Shown: one piece after another, positions 24,476-34,162 of the stretch | Layout of the letters: every line of letters begins with the position of its first letter | Numbering within the stretch: the stretch's first letter is position 1 | Assembly (NCBI GenBank): GCA_964475835.1 | Contig: CAYYYL010000012.1 | Span: 14,201 to 78,200 of the forward strand | DNA: 64,000 nucleotides | Reading direction: 5' to 3' | Origin: an uncultured Verrucomicrobiota bacterium | Lineage (GTDB): Bacteria > Verrucomicrobiota > Verrucomicrobiia > JABWAM01 | Notes under the pieces: generated by a model | What the model was told of the DNA's origin: nothing | The model's input: the letters and a program-made list of their open reading frames with translations, nothing else | The model's database searches: none | Position numbers and translations under genes: made by a program

Positions 24476-25273
24476 CTAATACATTCCTGGATTATGACCT
24501 GGAACGACATTTTTCTCCTTGATCGTTCCTTTCTTCAAAGTGGCAACATGACCATCACAAAACAACGCATTGGCGTTATTTCGATGGCGATACCGGAGAT
24601 TCGATCGATTGCCTGCAGCAAGTCCATCCTGGTCCAAACCTGTATTGGCAGCCGTATCCTGGGTTGCACTCGTCCTTGCAAAGTTAACACCCATGGCTCC
24701 TGCCCCCACAGAATCCTGAAAAGTGTTGCCCGGCAATGCATCCATCGTATCCAGCTGCATGGCATCTCCCACAAGAATCGTTTCCGAGCCCCGCCACATG
24801 GTGGATGCCTTGGTCAGGGTGGTAAGTGCTGCAGGGGTAAAAGTCGCCGGCGTATTTCCAGACCAGGTTGCCACATTGGGACAAATTCCCTGATGAATCG
24901 AATACGTGGAAATATTGTTTCCATGAGTCTTCATGGTCCGCGAGGGACATAAAAATACAGTGGGCCGAACGGTAATGGAACCTCCCAAATAGGGTGAGAT
25001 GGCATAATCCCATTGATCAGGCAGCCCTGCAACCGGGGCCGCAACCCCACTCCAAGGATAATATCCCGCATTCTCCGACACATAGATCTGCATTGCCACC
25101 CCGATCTGTTTCAAGTTGGACATGCAGGAAGCCGATCGAGCCGACTCACGAGCCCCTGAAATTGAGGGAATGAGCATGGCTGCCAGAATTGTGATAATGG
25201 CCATCACGACAATCAATTCCAACAGGGTAAAAGCCCTTCCTGACGAAGTGGATGACGATCCGAATCGCGTCAT
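24476..25273 (-). CDS. prepilin-type N-terminal cleavage/methylation domain protein with H-X9-DG (DUF1559) C-terminus
   Basis: GRAFTLLELIVVMAIITILAAMLIPS is the prepilin motif. NALFCDGHVATLKKG is the H-X9-DG-type ending that is abundant in Planctomycetes/Verrucomicrobia. Confidence 0.9.
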   Translation of the reverse strand: MTRFGSSSTSSGRAFTLLELIVVMAIITILAAMLIPSISGARESARSASCMSNLKQIGVAMQIYVSENAGYYPWSGVAAPVAGLPDQWDYAISPYLGGSITVRPTVFLCPSRTMKTHGNNISTYSIHQGICPNVATWSGNTPATFTPAALTTLTKASTMWRGSETILVGDAMQLDTMDALPGNTFQDSVGAGAMGVNFARTSATQDTAANTGLDQDGLAAGNRSNLRYRHRNNANALFCDGHVATLKKGTIKEKNVVPGHNPGMY

Positions 25274-25382
25274 AAAAGATAGCGTAACCTACAAACCTTC
25301 TCTTGCAAAGTCAAACAGCCCAATTCGGTTCAAAAAACAATCGATCCCCGTTCAAAATTCTCATCCCGGTTTGATCCGGGAA

Positions 25383-25423
25383 CAAAAAACCTGTATCCAG
25401 TCGTCCCCACGACTGGATACAGG
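25383..25423 (-). terminator. rho-independent terminator downstream of the 2090-aa gene
   Basis: Perfect 14-bp stem (25390..25403 cctgtatccagtcg / 25410..25423 cgactggatacagg) with a 6-nt loop, followed on the minus strand by TTTTTTG (25389..25383). Confidence 0.85.
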
Positions 25424-25458
25424 CCTTTCACTTGCATCCCCAAAATGGGGTCGGATAC

Positions 25459-28400
25459 CTATTCGTAACGAATATTATCCAGATAGAACGTGGCGCCTGA
25501 TGGATTGTCGGTTTTGTTAAACACACAACAGAAACCACCCACCACACGGGTTAGATCCTTGCCAGCAACACTCATCTGATATTGCTGCCAGGCACTCGTG
25601 AGGGTGATCACAGGCGTGACTGTCTTGAATGAATCCGGGTAAGGCCCGGAAATTCCACCCGCAATGAACTGAACCTTTTCACCACCCACCTGACCACGAG
25701 CCAGGAATTTGATGGTGGTCGCACCCGTCAGATTCAATCCACCGTTCGTCACCGTTCCCCAATTTCCATTGGGATTCTGCCAGTAGATTCCCGACCAATT
25801 ATTGCCTAGTGTGGCATCGCCACTGTAGACAATCTTTATGCTCTTGGTCCCCTCACCCGGATTGGACGTATCCGTATCCGAAAACGTCAGATCCGTGTAA
25901 TCCCCCATCCAACCCGTCGGCCCGTATTTGTCGTGTGCATCGCCAAAAATAACCAGAGGCAACACGGTTTGAGGAGGAGGAGGAGGAGGAGGGGTAATCG
26001 TAGGTGCCGTTCCCGTATCCACATCGATATAGTCGAGGTAGAAGGTTGCCCCACTCGGATTGTCCGTCTTGTTCAAAACAAAGGCGAAACCACCCACCAC
26101 ACGAGTCAGATCCTTGCCGGTCAGGTCCAGGGTGTATTGCTGCCATGCCGAGGTGAGAGTCACCACCGGACCCTGGGACTTGTAGGTATCTCCATAAGGT
26201 CCAACAATTCCACCACTGATAAACTGAACCTTCTCCCCTCCCACCTGGCCTTTGGCCCAGAAATGGACCGCTTTGCCACCCGTCAGATTTAGACCCCCAT
26301 TGGTCAATGTTCCCCAGTTTCCATTGGGGTTCTGCCAATAGATGCCAGCAAACCCATTTCCGCCAATACCACTGTAGGCAATTTTGATACTATTGAACCC
26401 TTCTTTCGGACTGGTCGTGTCCGAATCCGAGAACGTAAGGGAAGTCACGTCTCCCATCCACCCCGTGGGTCCATACTTATCATGGGCATCCTTGTAAATA
26501 AACAGGGGCAGGGTTTGAACGGGTCCGGGAGGGGGATCCACCGGCGGGGGCGTCCCGTTATCGAAGTAGATATTATCCAGATAGAACTTCGCCCCGGTGG
26601 GGTTGTCCGCCTTGGTTGCCGCGAACGCGAATCCACCCACCACGCGGGTCAGATTCTGTCCGGCAAGATTCAATTCAAAATTTTGCCACGCCGTGGTCAG
26701 GGTCACCGTCGGCCCAGTCACCTGATACGTGTCACCATAGGTGCCGGCGATTCCTCCGCTGATGAATTGAACCTTCTCCCCTCCAATCTGCCCACGTGCC
26801 TGGAACTTCACCTTCAGGGCGCCCGTTAGATTATACCCAGCCGTGGAGTTTGTCCCCCAATTGTTCGCTGGGTTCTGCCAATAGATTCCGCCAAAGGCAG
26901 GGGCCGTGGGCGATGAAGGGGTGTATTGCACGCTGATGCAGGCAAAACCGCCGCCGGTATTTGTGAGTACTGCATCGTCCAGCGTCAATCCGACGATATC
27001 CCCCATGTATCCGCTCGGAGCATATTTATCATGGGAATCCTTGTAGATGTAGAAGGGCCACGAGGCTGGAGTCGGAAGCGTCGGAACCGAAATCGAACCG
27101 TTCTCATAGCGAACGCTGTCGATGAAGACAGTCGCCCCGCTGGGAGAAAGGGACTTCAAGAAGCCGATTGCGAAACCATCCACCACGCGACCCAATTCCT
27201 GGCCGGTGAGGTCGATTTCGAAATCCTGCCATGCCGTTCCGACAGTCAGAATGGATGACAACACCTTGAAGTTGTCGCCATACGGTCCATCCACGCCACC
27301 GGCAAGGACTACAAACTGCTCCCCGCCAACAAGACCGCGGGCCTGGAATTTCACGCGACGAGCCCCGGTCAGATTATAACCTCCGTTGGGATCGGTTCCG
27401 AGGTTGTTCGCCGGATTCACAAAAGGCACTACAGCGAAGCCTTGTCCGGCACTCACCGCTCCAGAATAAGTGAAGCGCACACATTTGGTGCCCTCACCCG
27501 GATTCACGGTCTCTTCACTGGCGCCCATATCTCCGATATCCCCCACCACCGTCGGGAAATATTGATCCACGCCATCGCGATAGATGTAAAATGGCCATGA
27601 AGCAGGGGTCGGCAACGGAGTTGTAATCCCATTGTCGTACCGCATGTTATCCACATAGACCGTCGCACCTGCAGGATTCTGGGCCTGAACAAGACCCACA
27701 CCAAATGCATCCACAACGCGGGACAAGTCCAATCCTGTCAGATCGAATTCGAAGGACTGCCAGGCGGTGGTGAGCGTCACCTGACCGGTGGTGAAAAGGG
27801 TGTCGCCATAAGGAGCCCCCACAAGGCCTCCCAGAAGGAAGATCACCGTTTCACCGCCCACTTTTCCACGAGCCATGAATTTCATCTTCTTGGCCGCACG
27901 CAGATTAAATCCTCCGTTGGGATCACTACCAAATCCATCCTTCGGATTCTGCCAGATCGCGACGCCAAAGCCCTGGCCGCTGGAAGCTGCAGCCGAGTAT
28001 TGAACCTTGATCGATTTCGTTCCCTCTCCAGGGTTGGTGACATCGTTTTCATCGATCAGGAAGTCGCCCGTATCACCCACCACACTTGAGGTGTATTGAT
28101 CCACGCTGTCCTTGTAGATATAGAACGGCCATGAACCAGGCACCGGCCGCAGAATAGGCAACGTCGGCGTGTTAAGAATCCGGATGTTATCCAGATAGAT
28201 GGTGCCACCCGTCGGATTGTCCGCTTTCGTCACGGTGAACGCAAATCCACCGAGCGCATGGGTCATATCCTTGCCCGTCAGATCGATTTCATACTCCTGC
28301 CACGCCGTGGTCAGAGTCAACAACGAGGTCTGGGACTTGTAGGTATCGGGATAGGTTCCAACAATACCACCTGAGATGAAGGTTGCCTTCACGCCTGGAG

Positions 28401-31400
28401 CCCCGCCACGAGCGAAGAAACGCAGTTTGGTGGCCCCAGTCAGGTTTAATCCACCATTCGATACTGTTCCCCAGTTGTCAGCAGGATTCTGCCAGTAGAC
28501 TCCGGCAAAATTATTGGTGCTGAAGGTCGTGTTATACACAATCTTGATCGACTTCAAACCTTCCTGCGGATTTGTGGTGTCAGTATCCGTAAAGGTCAAA
28601 GTGTTCACATCCCCCATGAAACCCGTGGGAAGATACTTGTCGTGAGCATCCGTATAGATGTTCACCGGCCACGATGCAGGAAGTGGTGAAGGGGGACGAA
28701 CCGGGGGAACCGTTCCGTTGTCGTAGTAGATGTTATCCACAAAGAATGTGCCACCCAGCGGATTATCCGTCTTGGTAACCGTGAATGCAAATCCACCCAG
28801 AACGTGGGTCAGATCCTTGCCGGCAAGGTCAATCTCGAACGACTGCCATGCCGTGGTCAGGGAAAGAACCGCCGTCTGGGACTTGTAAGTATCCGGAAAG
28901 GTCCCTGCAATACCACCCCCCTGGAATTGAACCTTGGTTCCAGCCACTGCAGCACGGGCCATGAACTTAAGCTTAGTAGCACCCGTCAGATTGAATCCAC
29001 CATTACTTACTGTTCCGAAGTTGTTGGCGGGATTCTGCCAGAAAATTCCGGCAAATCCGTTAGTTCCCGCACCGCTGTACTGAACGCGGAAACTCTGGAA
29101 ACCTTCACCAGGATTGTTGGTATCGTCCGCCACGGTAAGGGACGTGACGTCACCAAAAAACCCGCTCGGAACATAACTCACACTGGTGTCCTTGTAGACA
29201 TAGACCGGCCATGAAGCAGGTACAGGCGACGGAGGTCGGGTCGGGATGACCGAACCGTTGTTGTAATAGATGTTATCCAAAAACAACGTCGCACCAGCAG
29301 GATTATCCACCTTGGCGAGCGTGAAGGCGAAGGCGCCAATCACACGACTGACATCCTTGCCAGCCAGGCTCACCTGGAAGGTTTGCCACGAGGTGGTCAG
29401 AGTGATGTTGGTCTGGACCAGAAATGAATCGGGATACGCTCCGGTCACCCCACCCCCTGTGATGGTGGCCTTCACTCCATTGGCGGAAGCTTTGGCCATG
29501 AAGTTCAAGGTTGTGGCACCCGTGAGATTGTATCCACCATTGCTGACGGTGCCAAAATTATTGGCAGGGTTCAGCCAATAGACACCTGCAAATCCATTCG
29601 TACTGGTAGCCGCATTGTACTGAATCTTGATGTTCTGCGCACCTTCACCTGGGGCGGCCGTGTCGGTATCCGAAAACGTGAGCGAGTTGAAATCACCGAA
29701 GAAACCGCTCGGCGCATAAGGTCCTTCCACATCCTTGTAAATATAGAATGGCCACGAGGGCGGCGTTGGCAACACGGGAGGAGTGGAAACCGTTCCGTTA
29801 TCATAACGGATATTGTCGAAAAACACGGTCGCTCCAGTCGGATTGTCCGCCTTGCTCATCGCAAAGGCAAAGGCTCCCACCACACGACTTAAATCCTTGC
29901 CTGCGAGATCGATCTCAAAGTTCTGCCAGGCGGTTGTCAGAGTGGTCAGCGGAAGGGCAGACTTGAAGGTGTCCTGGAAGTTAAACGAGGTCTGATAGCT
30001 CCCCGTCACACCACCGGCCACAAACTGCACCTTGGCCCCGGCAACCGAAGCGCGGGCCATGAATTTCAACTTCAGGGCACCCGTCAGATTGAAACCTCCA
30101 TTGGTCAGTGTTCCAAAGTTGTTCGCAGGATTCAACCAGTAGACTCCGGCAAACGTGTTGGGGCCCGTCGGAGTATATTGAACCTTGATATCCGCAAATC
30201 CTTCACCGGGATTGATGGTGTCTGTGTCCGTAATCACCACATCACTGGTATCTCCAAAATACCCGCTCGGAGCATAAGAACCCTCCGAATCCTTGAAGAT
30301 ATAGAAGGGCCATGTCGGGGGAGTCGGAAGGGCCGGGAAGGTGGGGGTCACACTGCCGTTATCATAGCGAACGTTATCCACAAAAACGGTTCCACCCGTG
30401 GGATAGTCCGTTTTTGCCACCACAAACGCGAATCCACCGATGACGCGGGTCAGATTTTTACCCGCCAGATCAATTTCATAATTCTGCCAAGCAGAGGTCA
30501 GGGTAACCGAAAGAGGGGTGACACTGAAGGTGTCTGCAAAGGCACCCGTGATTCCACCCGCGAGGAATTGAATCTTTTCCCCACCCACCTGACCGCGCGC
30601 CATAAACTTCAATTTGGTCGCACCAGTCAGATTCAGACCGCCATCAATGGTTCCAAAATTATTCGCGGGATTCTGCCAGTAAACACCAGCAAACCCCTGG
30701 GCTCCCGCACCGCTATACTGGATCCTGACGCAGGCAAAACCCTGACCAGGAGTGGTCTGGTTTGCATCATCCAGAACCAGCGAGGTGGTGTCTCCGAAAT
30801 AACCACTGGGTGCGTAGGGACCTTCCGCGTCTTTATAGACATAAAGAGGCCACGAAGGAGGAATCGTCACCGCTGTAATTCCTACAGCCGCCTTTGCTGC
30901 AGCAGTGGAGGTCGCAGTCGAGGAATTGGCCTTGGCGGGATCCGTTCCATTCAAAAATTCCTGACGGTTGGACACCCCGTCATGATCAAAGTCATCATCA
31001 CCCGACTGATTCAAATTGCCAAAATAATGAAGTTCCCACGCATCCGCCAGGCCATCATGATCCGCATCCACAAACGTCGCACCCTTGACCGAAACATGAT
31101 CGAATGTCGATGCATTCAAAACATGGGTTTGATGACTGCAAACCACAAGCCCCACCAACGCCTGACCCGCAAACGAAACTGAATCGCTCCCCACAAGCTT
31201 CCAACGAACTCCATCCGAGGATACAAACGCCTGAACCTCATTCCCCGAACGCGAAAGCTTCAACCAGACCGGCGCCTTGCTTTTTCCGCCGGATACCGAC
31301 TTCGTCTGGGCACCCGAATTCAAACGGCGCATAAAGGAGACGCCACTGCCAGGCGTCACCACAATTGAAGCATGTCGCGCGTTGGCATCCAGTGATTCTC

Positions 31401-31731
31401 GAATCATCAAACCCGCTTTTGCAAAAGTATGAGTCCCCTGAATAGTTGCGATGCGGGCCACGATTTCGCCATTCGCAGGCAGTGACTGATAAACAAACTG
31501 AAACGCATCCGTGCGACCCCAGATATCAGCCCCGGAACCGGAAACCGAAAATAGATCCCCCTCAATCGTTGCCGAACCCGCCTTCCCAACCCGACCCACA
31601 TCCTGGTTTGTCCAGAGCTCAATCGCGGAGGATTCAGCATGAGCCACATTGGAAAACAGGACAACGGAGACGAAACAGAACAGGAAGAGACGGGAACACC
31701 AGCGACGAAATCCGGCAGATGATTGAGTCAT
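25459..31731 (-). CDS. giant secreted protein: ConA-like lectin (DUF1349-like) domain, Ca-binding TSP3-like motifs, ten tandem ~180-aa CBM-like modules
   Basis: ORF 25459..31869; start placed at MTQSSAGFRRWCSRLFLFCFVSVVLFSNVAHA (31731, signal peptide). aa 80-262 (W..QDVG..G.A...G..F.V.GSGADIWG..D.F.FVYQ...G...ARI......FAKAGLMIRE...LSRSGN.V.AF.S.DG..W) fit a ConA-like pattern. DADHDGLADAWE...DDDFDHDGVSNRQEF are the Ca-binding motifs. The repeat array follows. Confidence 0.9.
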   Translation of the reverse strand: MTQSSAGFRRWCSRLFLFCFVSVVLFSNVAHAESSAIELWTNQDVGRVGKAGSATIEGDLFSVSGSGADIWGRTDAFQFVYQSLPANGEIVARIATIQGTHTFAKAGLMIRESLDANARHASIVVTPGSGVSFMRRLNSGAQTKSVSGGKSKAPVWLKLSRSGNEVQAFVSSDGVRWKLVGSDSVSFAGQALVGLVVCSHQTHVLNASTFDHVSVKGATFVDADHDGLADAWELHYFGNLNQSGDDDFDHDGVSNRQEFLNGTDPAKANSSTATSTAAAKAAVGITAVTIPPSWPLYVYKDAEGPYAPSGYFGDTTSLVLDDANQTTPGQGFACVRIQYSGAGAQGFAGVYWQNPANNFGTIDGGLNLTGATKLKFMARGQVGGEKIQFLAGGITGAFADTFSVTPLSVTLTSAWQNYEIDLAGKNLTRVIGGFAFVVAKTDYPTGGTVFVDNVRYDNGSVTPTFPALPTPPTWPFYIFKDSEGSYAPSGYFGDTSDVVITDTDTINPGEGFADIKVQYTPTGPNTFAGVYWLNPANNFGTLTNGGFNLTGALKLKFMARASVAGAKVQFVAGGVTGSYQTSFNFQDTFKSALPLTTLTTAWQNFEIDLAGKDLSRVVGAFAFAMSKADNPTGATVFFDNIRYDNGTVSTPPVLPTPPSWPFYIYKDVEGPYAPSGFFGDFNSLTFSDTDTAAPGEGAQNIKIQYNAATSTNGFAGVYWLNPANNFGTVSNGGYNLTGATTLNFMAKASANGVKATITGGGVTGAYPDSFLVQTNITLTTSWQTFQVSLAGKDVSRVIGAFAFTLAKVDNPAGATLFLDNIYYNNGSVIPTRPPSPVPASWPVYVYKDTSVSYVPSGFFGDVTSLTVADDTNNPGEGFQSFRVQYSGAGTNGFAGIFWQNPANNFGTVSNGGFNLTGATKLKFMARAAVAGTKVQFQGGGIAGTFPDTYKSQTAVLSLTTAWQSFEIDLAGKDLTHVLGGFAFTVTKTDNPLGGTFFVDNIYYDNGTVPPVRPPSPLPASWPVNIYTDAHDKYLPTGFMGDVNTLTFTDTDTTNPQEGLKSIKIVYNTTFSTNNFAGVYWQNPADNWGTVSNGGLNLTGATKLRFFARGGAPGVKATFISGGIVGTYPDTYKSQTSLLTLTTAWQEYEIDLTGKDMTHALGGFAFTVTKADNPTGGTIYLDNIRILNTPTLPILRPVPGSWPFYIYKDSVDQYTSSVVGDTGDFLIDENDVTNPGEGTKSIKVQYSAAASSGQGFGVAIWQNPKDGFGSDPNGGFNLRAAKKMKFMARGKVGGETVIFLLGGLVGAPYGDTLFTTGQVTLTTAWQSFEFDLTGLDLSRVVDAFGVGLVQAQNPAGATVYVDNMRYDNGITTPLPTPASWPFYIYRDGVDQYFPTVVGDIGDMGASEETVNPGEGTKCVRFTYSGAVSAGQGFAVVPFVNPANNLGTDPNGGYNLTGARRVKFQARGLVGGEQFVVLAGGVDGPYGDNFKVLSSILTVGTAWQDFEIDLTGQELGRVVDGFAIGFLKSLSPSGATVFIDSVRYENGSISVPTLPTPASWPFYIYKDSHDKYAPSGYMGDIVGLTLDDAVLTNTGGGFACISVQYTPSSPTAPAFGGIYWQNPANNWGTNSTAGYNLTGALKVKFQARGQIGGEKVQFISGGIAGTYGDTYQVTGPTVTLTTAWQNFELNLAGQNLTRVVGGFAFAATKADNPTGAKFYLDNIYFDNGTPPPVDPPPGPVQTLPLFIYKDAHDKYGPTGWMGDVTSLTFSDSDTTSPKEGFNSIKIAYSGIGGNGFAGIYWQNPNGNWGTLTNGGLNLTGGKAVHFWAKGQVGGEKVQFISGGIVGPYGDTYKSQGPVVTLTSAWQQYTLDLTGKDLTRVVGGFAFVLNKTDNPSGATFYLDYIDVDTGTAPTITPPPPPPPQTVLPLVIFGDAHDKYGPTGWMGDYTDLTFSDTDTSNPGEGTKSIKIVYSGDATLGNNWSGIYWQNPNGNWGTVTNGGLNLTGATTIKFLARGQVGGEKVQFIAGGISGPYPDSFKTVTPVITLTSAWQQYQMSVAGKDLTRVVGGFCCVFNKTDNPSGATFYLDNIRYE
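25462..30852 (-). repeat. tandem array of ten protein-coding ~540-nt (178-186 aa) modules
   Basis: Module starts (W/L of the WP.YIYKD motif) at nt 30852, 30312, 29754, 29211, 28671, 28131, 27597, 27060, 26511 and 25962. The array ends with the stop codon. Consensus: WPFYIYKD..D.Y.PSG(F/Y/W)(F/M)GD...IK(I/V)QY...FAG(I/V)YWQNPANN(F/W)GT..NGG.NLTGA.KLKFMARG..GG.KVQF.AGG..G.YPDT(F/Y)....LT.AWQ..EIDL.GKDL.RV.GGFAF...K.DNP.GAT.(F/Y).DNI.YDNG. Confidence 0.9.
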
Positions 31732-32065
31732 GGAAGAGCCTTTTGAGTTATGAGTTGCGTTTGAAAGAGTACGGGGAATAGTACGATAGTAGTATAGATT
31801 TGGTTGAGGAGTGTCAAGGCGGCGAAAAAAAAAAGCTCCAGCCTTATAAGGCCACCTTATTTCACACATTTTGAGGGTGTTTTCCCTTCACCACCCCCTC
31901 CCACTTCTGCCCCATTGGAGGGAAGCAGGAACGCATTTGTTGTATGACAAGAAATATCTAAAATCAGCAATACCACACTCATACAAATCATTTATATTCA
32001 ATGGGTTGTGAAAATTTTCTCATCCACACCTTGATTGCCTTTTCTCGAGCTGATATTCTACCTCC

Positions 32066-32512
32066 ATGAGATTTCTTTTCTTCTTATTAAGCCTTTCCAT
32101 CGCCACGTTTGCCGGGGCTGCAGAGGATGCTGCGGAACGCGCGAAGGAATTCAAGAACCTGCCCAAGGACAAAATTCACACCACGGATTCAGGACTCCAA
32201 TACATTGACGTCAAGAAAGGCACAGGTGCATCACCTCGGACCAATTACCCGGTGGCCGTCCACTATACCGGCTGGCTTCTTGATGGAACTAAATTCGACA
32301 GCTCGGTCGACCGGGGCAAGCCGTTCATGTTTCTCATTGGCGTGGGAGAAGTGATTCCCGGTTGGGACGAAGGTGTGTCCACCATGAAAGTCGGGGGAAA
32401 ACGCAGGTTGATTGTTCCCGCGAAATTGGCGTATGGGGAAGCGGGCGCTGGGGCTGTCATTCCACCCAACGCAACCCTCGTTTTTGACGTGGAATTGCTC
32501 GACGCAAAATAA
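32066..32512 (+). CDS. FKBP-type peptidyl-prolyl cis-trans isomerase, secreted
   Basis: Signal peptide FFLLSLSIATFAGA. VHYTGWLLDGTKFDSSVDRGKPF.F.IGVGEVIPGWDEGVSTMKVGGKRRLIVPAKLAYGE...IPPNATLVFDVELL is a canonical FKBP domain. Confidence 0.9.
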   Translation: MRFLFFLLSLSIATFAGAAEDAAERAKEFKNLPKDKIHTTDSGLQYIDVKKGTGASPRTNYPVAVHYTGWLLDGTKFDSSVDRGKPFMFLIGVGEVIPGWDEGVSTMKVGGKRRLIVPAKLAYGEAGAGAVIPPNATLVFDVELLDAK

Positions 32513-32557
32513 CCCCTCCCAATTTCCCGCCGATTCCCATCAGGATTTGAACTCGAC

Positions 32558-33013
32558 ATGGTGGCGTTGTTCGCCAAAATTTGGCTTCGTTCTATGCCCT
32601 CACGCCTGTGCCGGTATTCCTTTTCCGTTCTAGTCGTCCTCTTCCCGTTTCTCACCTCCTGCGAAACCCTTGATTCCGCAGGCCATTCCCCACACCCCAT
32701 CGCCCATGTGGTTGTCTGTTGGTTGAAAAACGCCGGAGACACCGATGGCCGAAACAAACTCGTCGCGGCTTCTCAAACCTTCCGTGAAATTCCCGGCATC
32801 CTCTCCATCAGCGCGGGGCCGGTTCTCCCGGGGAAAAGAACCGGACTGGACGCGAGCTTTGACGTCGCCCTCGTGATCACATTTGAAGATGCCCGGGCCC
32901 TTGAGAACTACGAAAAGCACCCCCTGCATCTCCAACGTGTGAAAGACACCCTCCTTCCTCTTGTGAAAAAATTTACAACCTACGATTTTGAAATTCAGAA
33001 TTCTGCCGATTGA
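32558..33013 (+). CDS. Dabb (stress-responsive alpha/beta barrel) family lipoprotein
   Basis: Lipobox FLTSC. HVVVCWLKN...FDVALVITFEDARALENYEKHPLHL..V fits a Dabb-domain pattern. Confidence 0.65.
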   Translation: MVALFAKIWLRSMPSRLCRYSFSVLVVLFPFLTSCETLDSAGHSPHPIAHVVVCWLKNAGDTDGRNKLVAASQTFREIPGILSISAGPVLPGKRTGLDASFDVALVITFEDARALENYEKHPLHLQRVKDTLLPLVKKFTTYDFEIQNSAD

Positions 33014-33019
33014 ATCCTT

Positions 33020-33853
33020 ATGATCATTCGAGAGACTCCAGCTGAAGCGCGCGTCCTGGTCGCCGCCTGTCTCGCCACCCAGCTCGGATCCTTCGGAAGC
33101 TGGCACACGGTCGCCTATGACGAATTTTACCTCGTCACCGAAGGCTCCATCTACGCGGGACTGGCTGAAGAGAAGGTGAAGATTGCCCCCGACACCCTTA
33201 TTCTGGTCCACAATGGGGAATCCCGCGGTTTCTGGAATGTTTCAAATCAAAATCCCAAACTCTGGACCCTTCTCTTTACCCCGGGGGCTCAGCCTTACGA
33301 GGGGCTTCCGGCTCTCCGCGAAACCGACCCCCGCAAGCGGATCTGGAAATTGACCCCCGACCAGGTCCTTACTTTCAAAAGCCTGTTTGTAAAAATTGCG
33401 GCGGAGCGCTCCTCCAAGCGAACCGCCAACGCCATCGCCGAAACCGCCTGGCTGCGGCTACTCATGGTCATGCTCCAACGTTGGACGGAAGCCAGGCCCA
33501 AGGAGGTCGCCGCTCAATCCGCCGGATCCGATCTTTTGAACCTATGGCAAAAAATCAATGACAGCATCTGGCAACCCGCCAGCACCAGGACCCAACTCTA
33601 TGCCGATATGCCGAACTACGACAGCTTGAGGCATCGCTTTCGGAAAACATTTGGCTCCTCCCCCCAGAAACTCCTCATGTCGATGCGCATGGATCAGGCC
33701 AAAAGCCTCCTTCTGGAATCCTCCAATACCATCAAGGAAATCGCCCTTCGCCTCGGTTACGCCAGACAACATGAATTCGCACGGGCTTTTCACAAATACG
33801 TCGGCTGCAGTCCCACCAAATGGCGCCAGGACCCCTTCTTTCCCGTTCGTTGA
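33020..33853 (+). CDS. AraC family transcriptional regulator
   Basis: C-terminal double HTH: YDSLRHRFRKTFGSSPQKLLMSMRMDQAKSLLLESSNTIKEIALRLGYARQHEFARAFHKYVGCSPTKWR. Confidence 0.85.
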   Translation: MIIRETPAEARVLVAACLATQLGSFGSWHTVAYDEFYLVTEGSIYAGLAEEKVKIAPDTLILVHNGESRGFWNVSNQNPKLWTLLFTPGAQPYEGLPALRETDPRKRIWKLTPDQVLTFKSLFVKIAAERSSKRTANAIAETAWLRLLMVMLQRWTEARPKEVAAQSAGSDLLNLWQKINDSIWQPASTRTQLYADMPNYDSLRHRFRKTFGSSPQKLLMSMRMDQAKSLLLESSNTIKEIALRLGYARQHEFARAFHKYVGCSPTKWRQDPFFPVR

Positions 33854-34162
33854 GCGCGGTTCGGAAATCCGACCCAAATTTCAGCTGCCGGGCACAAGGG
33901 GTAAAGCAACCCAACCCAAAATCAACACCCCAAGGCCCGGCAGCCTCCATCCCATCAAGGCCAGGTACTTGACCCCATCCGATCAAGCTGACCTATGGAA
34001 ATTCTTGTTTTGATGGTCCAAGCTAATACCAGTTCGCCTTTTTGGATTTAGCTTTTTTGGAAAAAAATTTCGCATAAACGGATCTTTCTTTCATTACTTC
34101 TCCTTCTTTAAACCCACAGGCTTTACTCGACCCTCAACACCCTTTTTACTTAACGACCTCCA

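Noticed and set aside
25459-30864. Regular ~540-nt periodicity that might suggest a repeat array such as a CRISPR or satellite
   Set aside because: The period is far too long for a CRISPR and there are no short identical repeats or unique spacers. The whole region is one uninterrupted ORF whose translation shows conserved protein modules, so this is a coding tandem-domain array.
30178-31182. 334-aa plus-strand ORF, and many 60-160-aa ORFs on both strands within the two giant genes
   Set aside because: They are embedded in and antisense or out of frame to the giant ORFs, whose repeated conserved modules identify the true frame.
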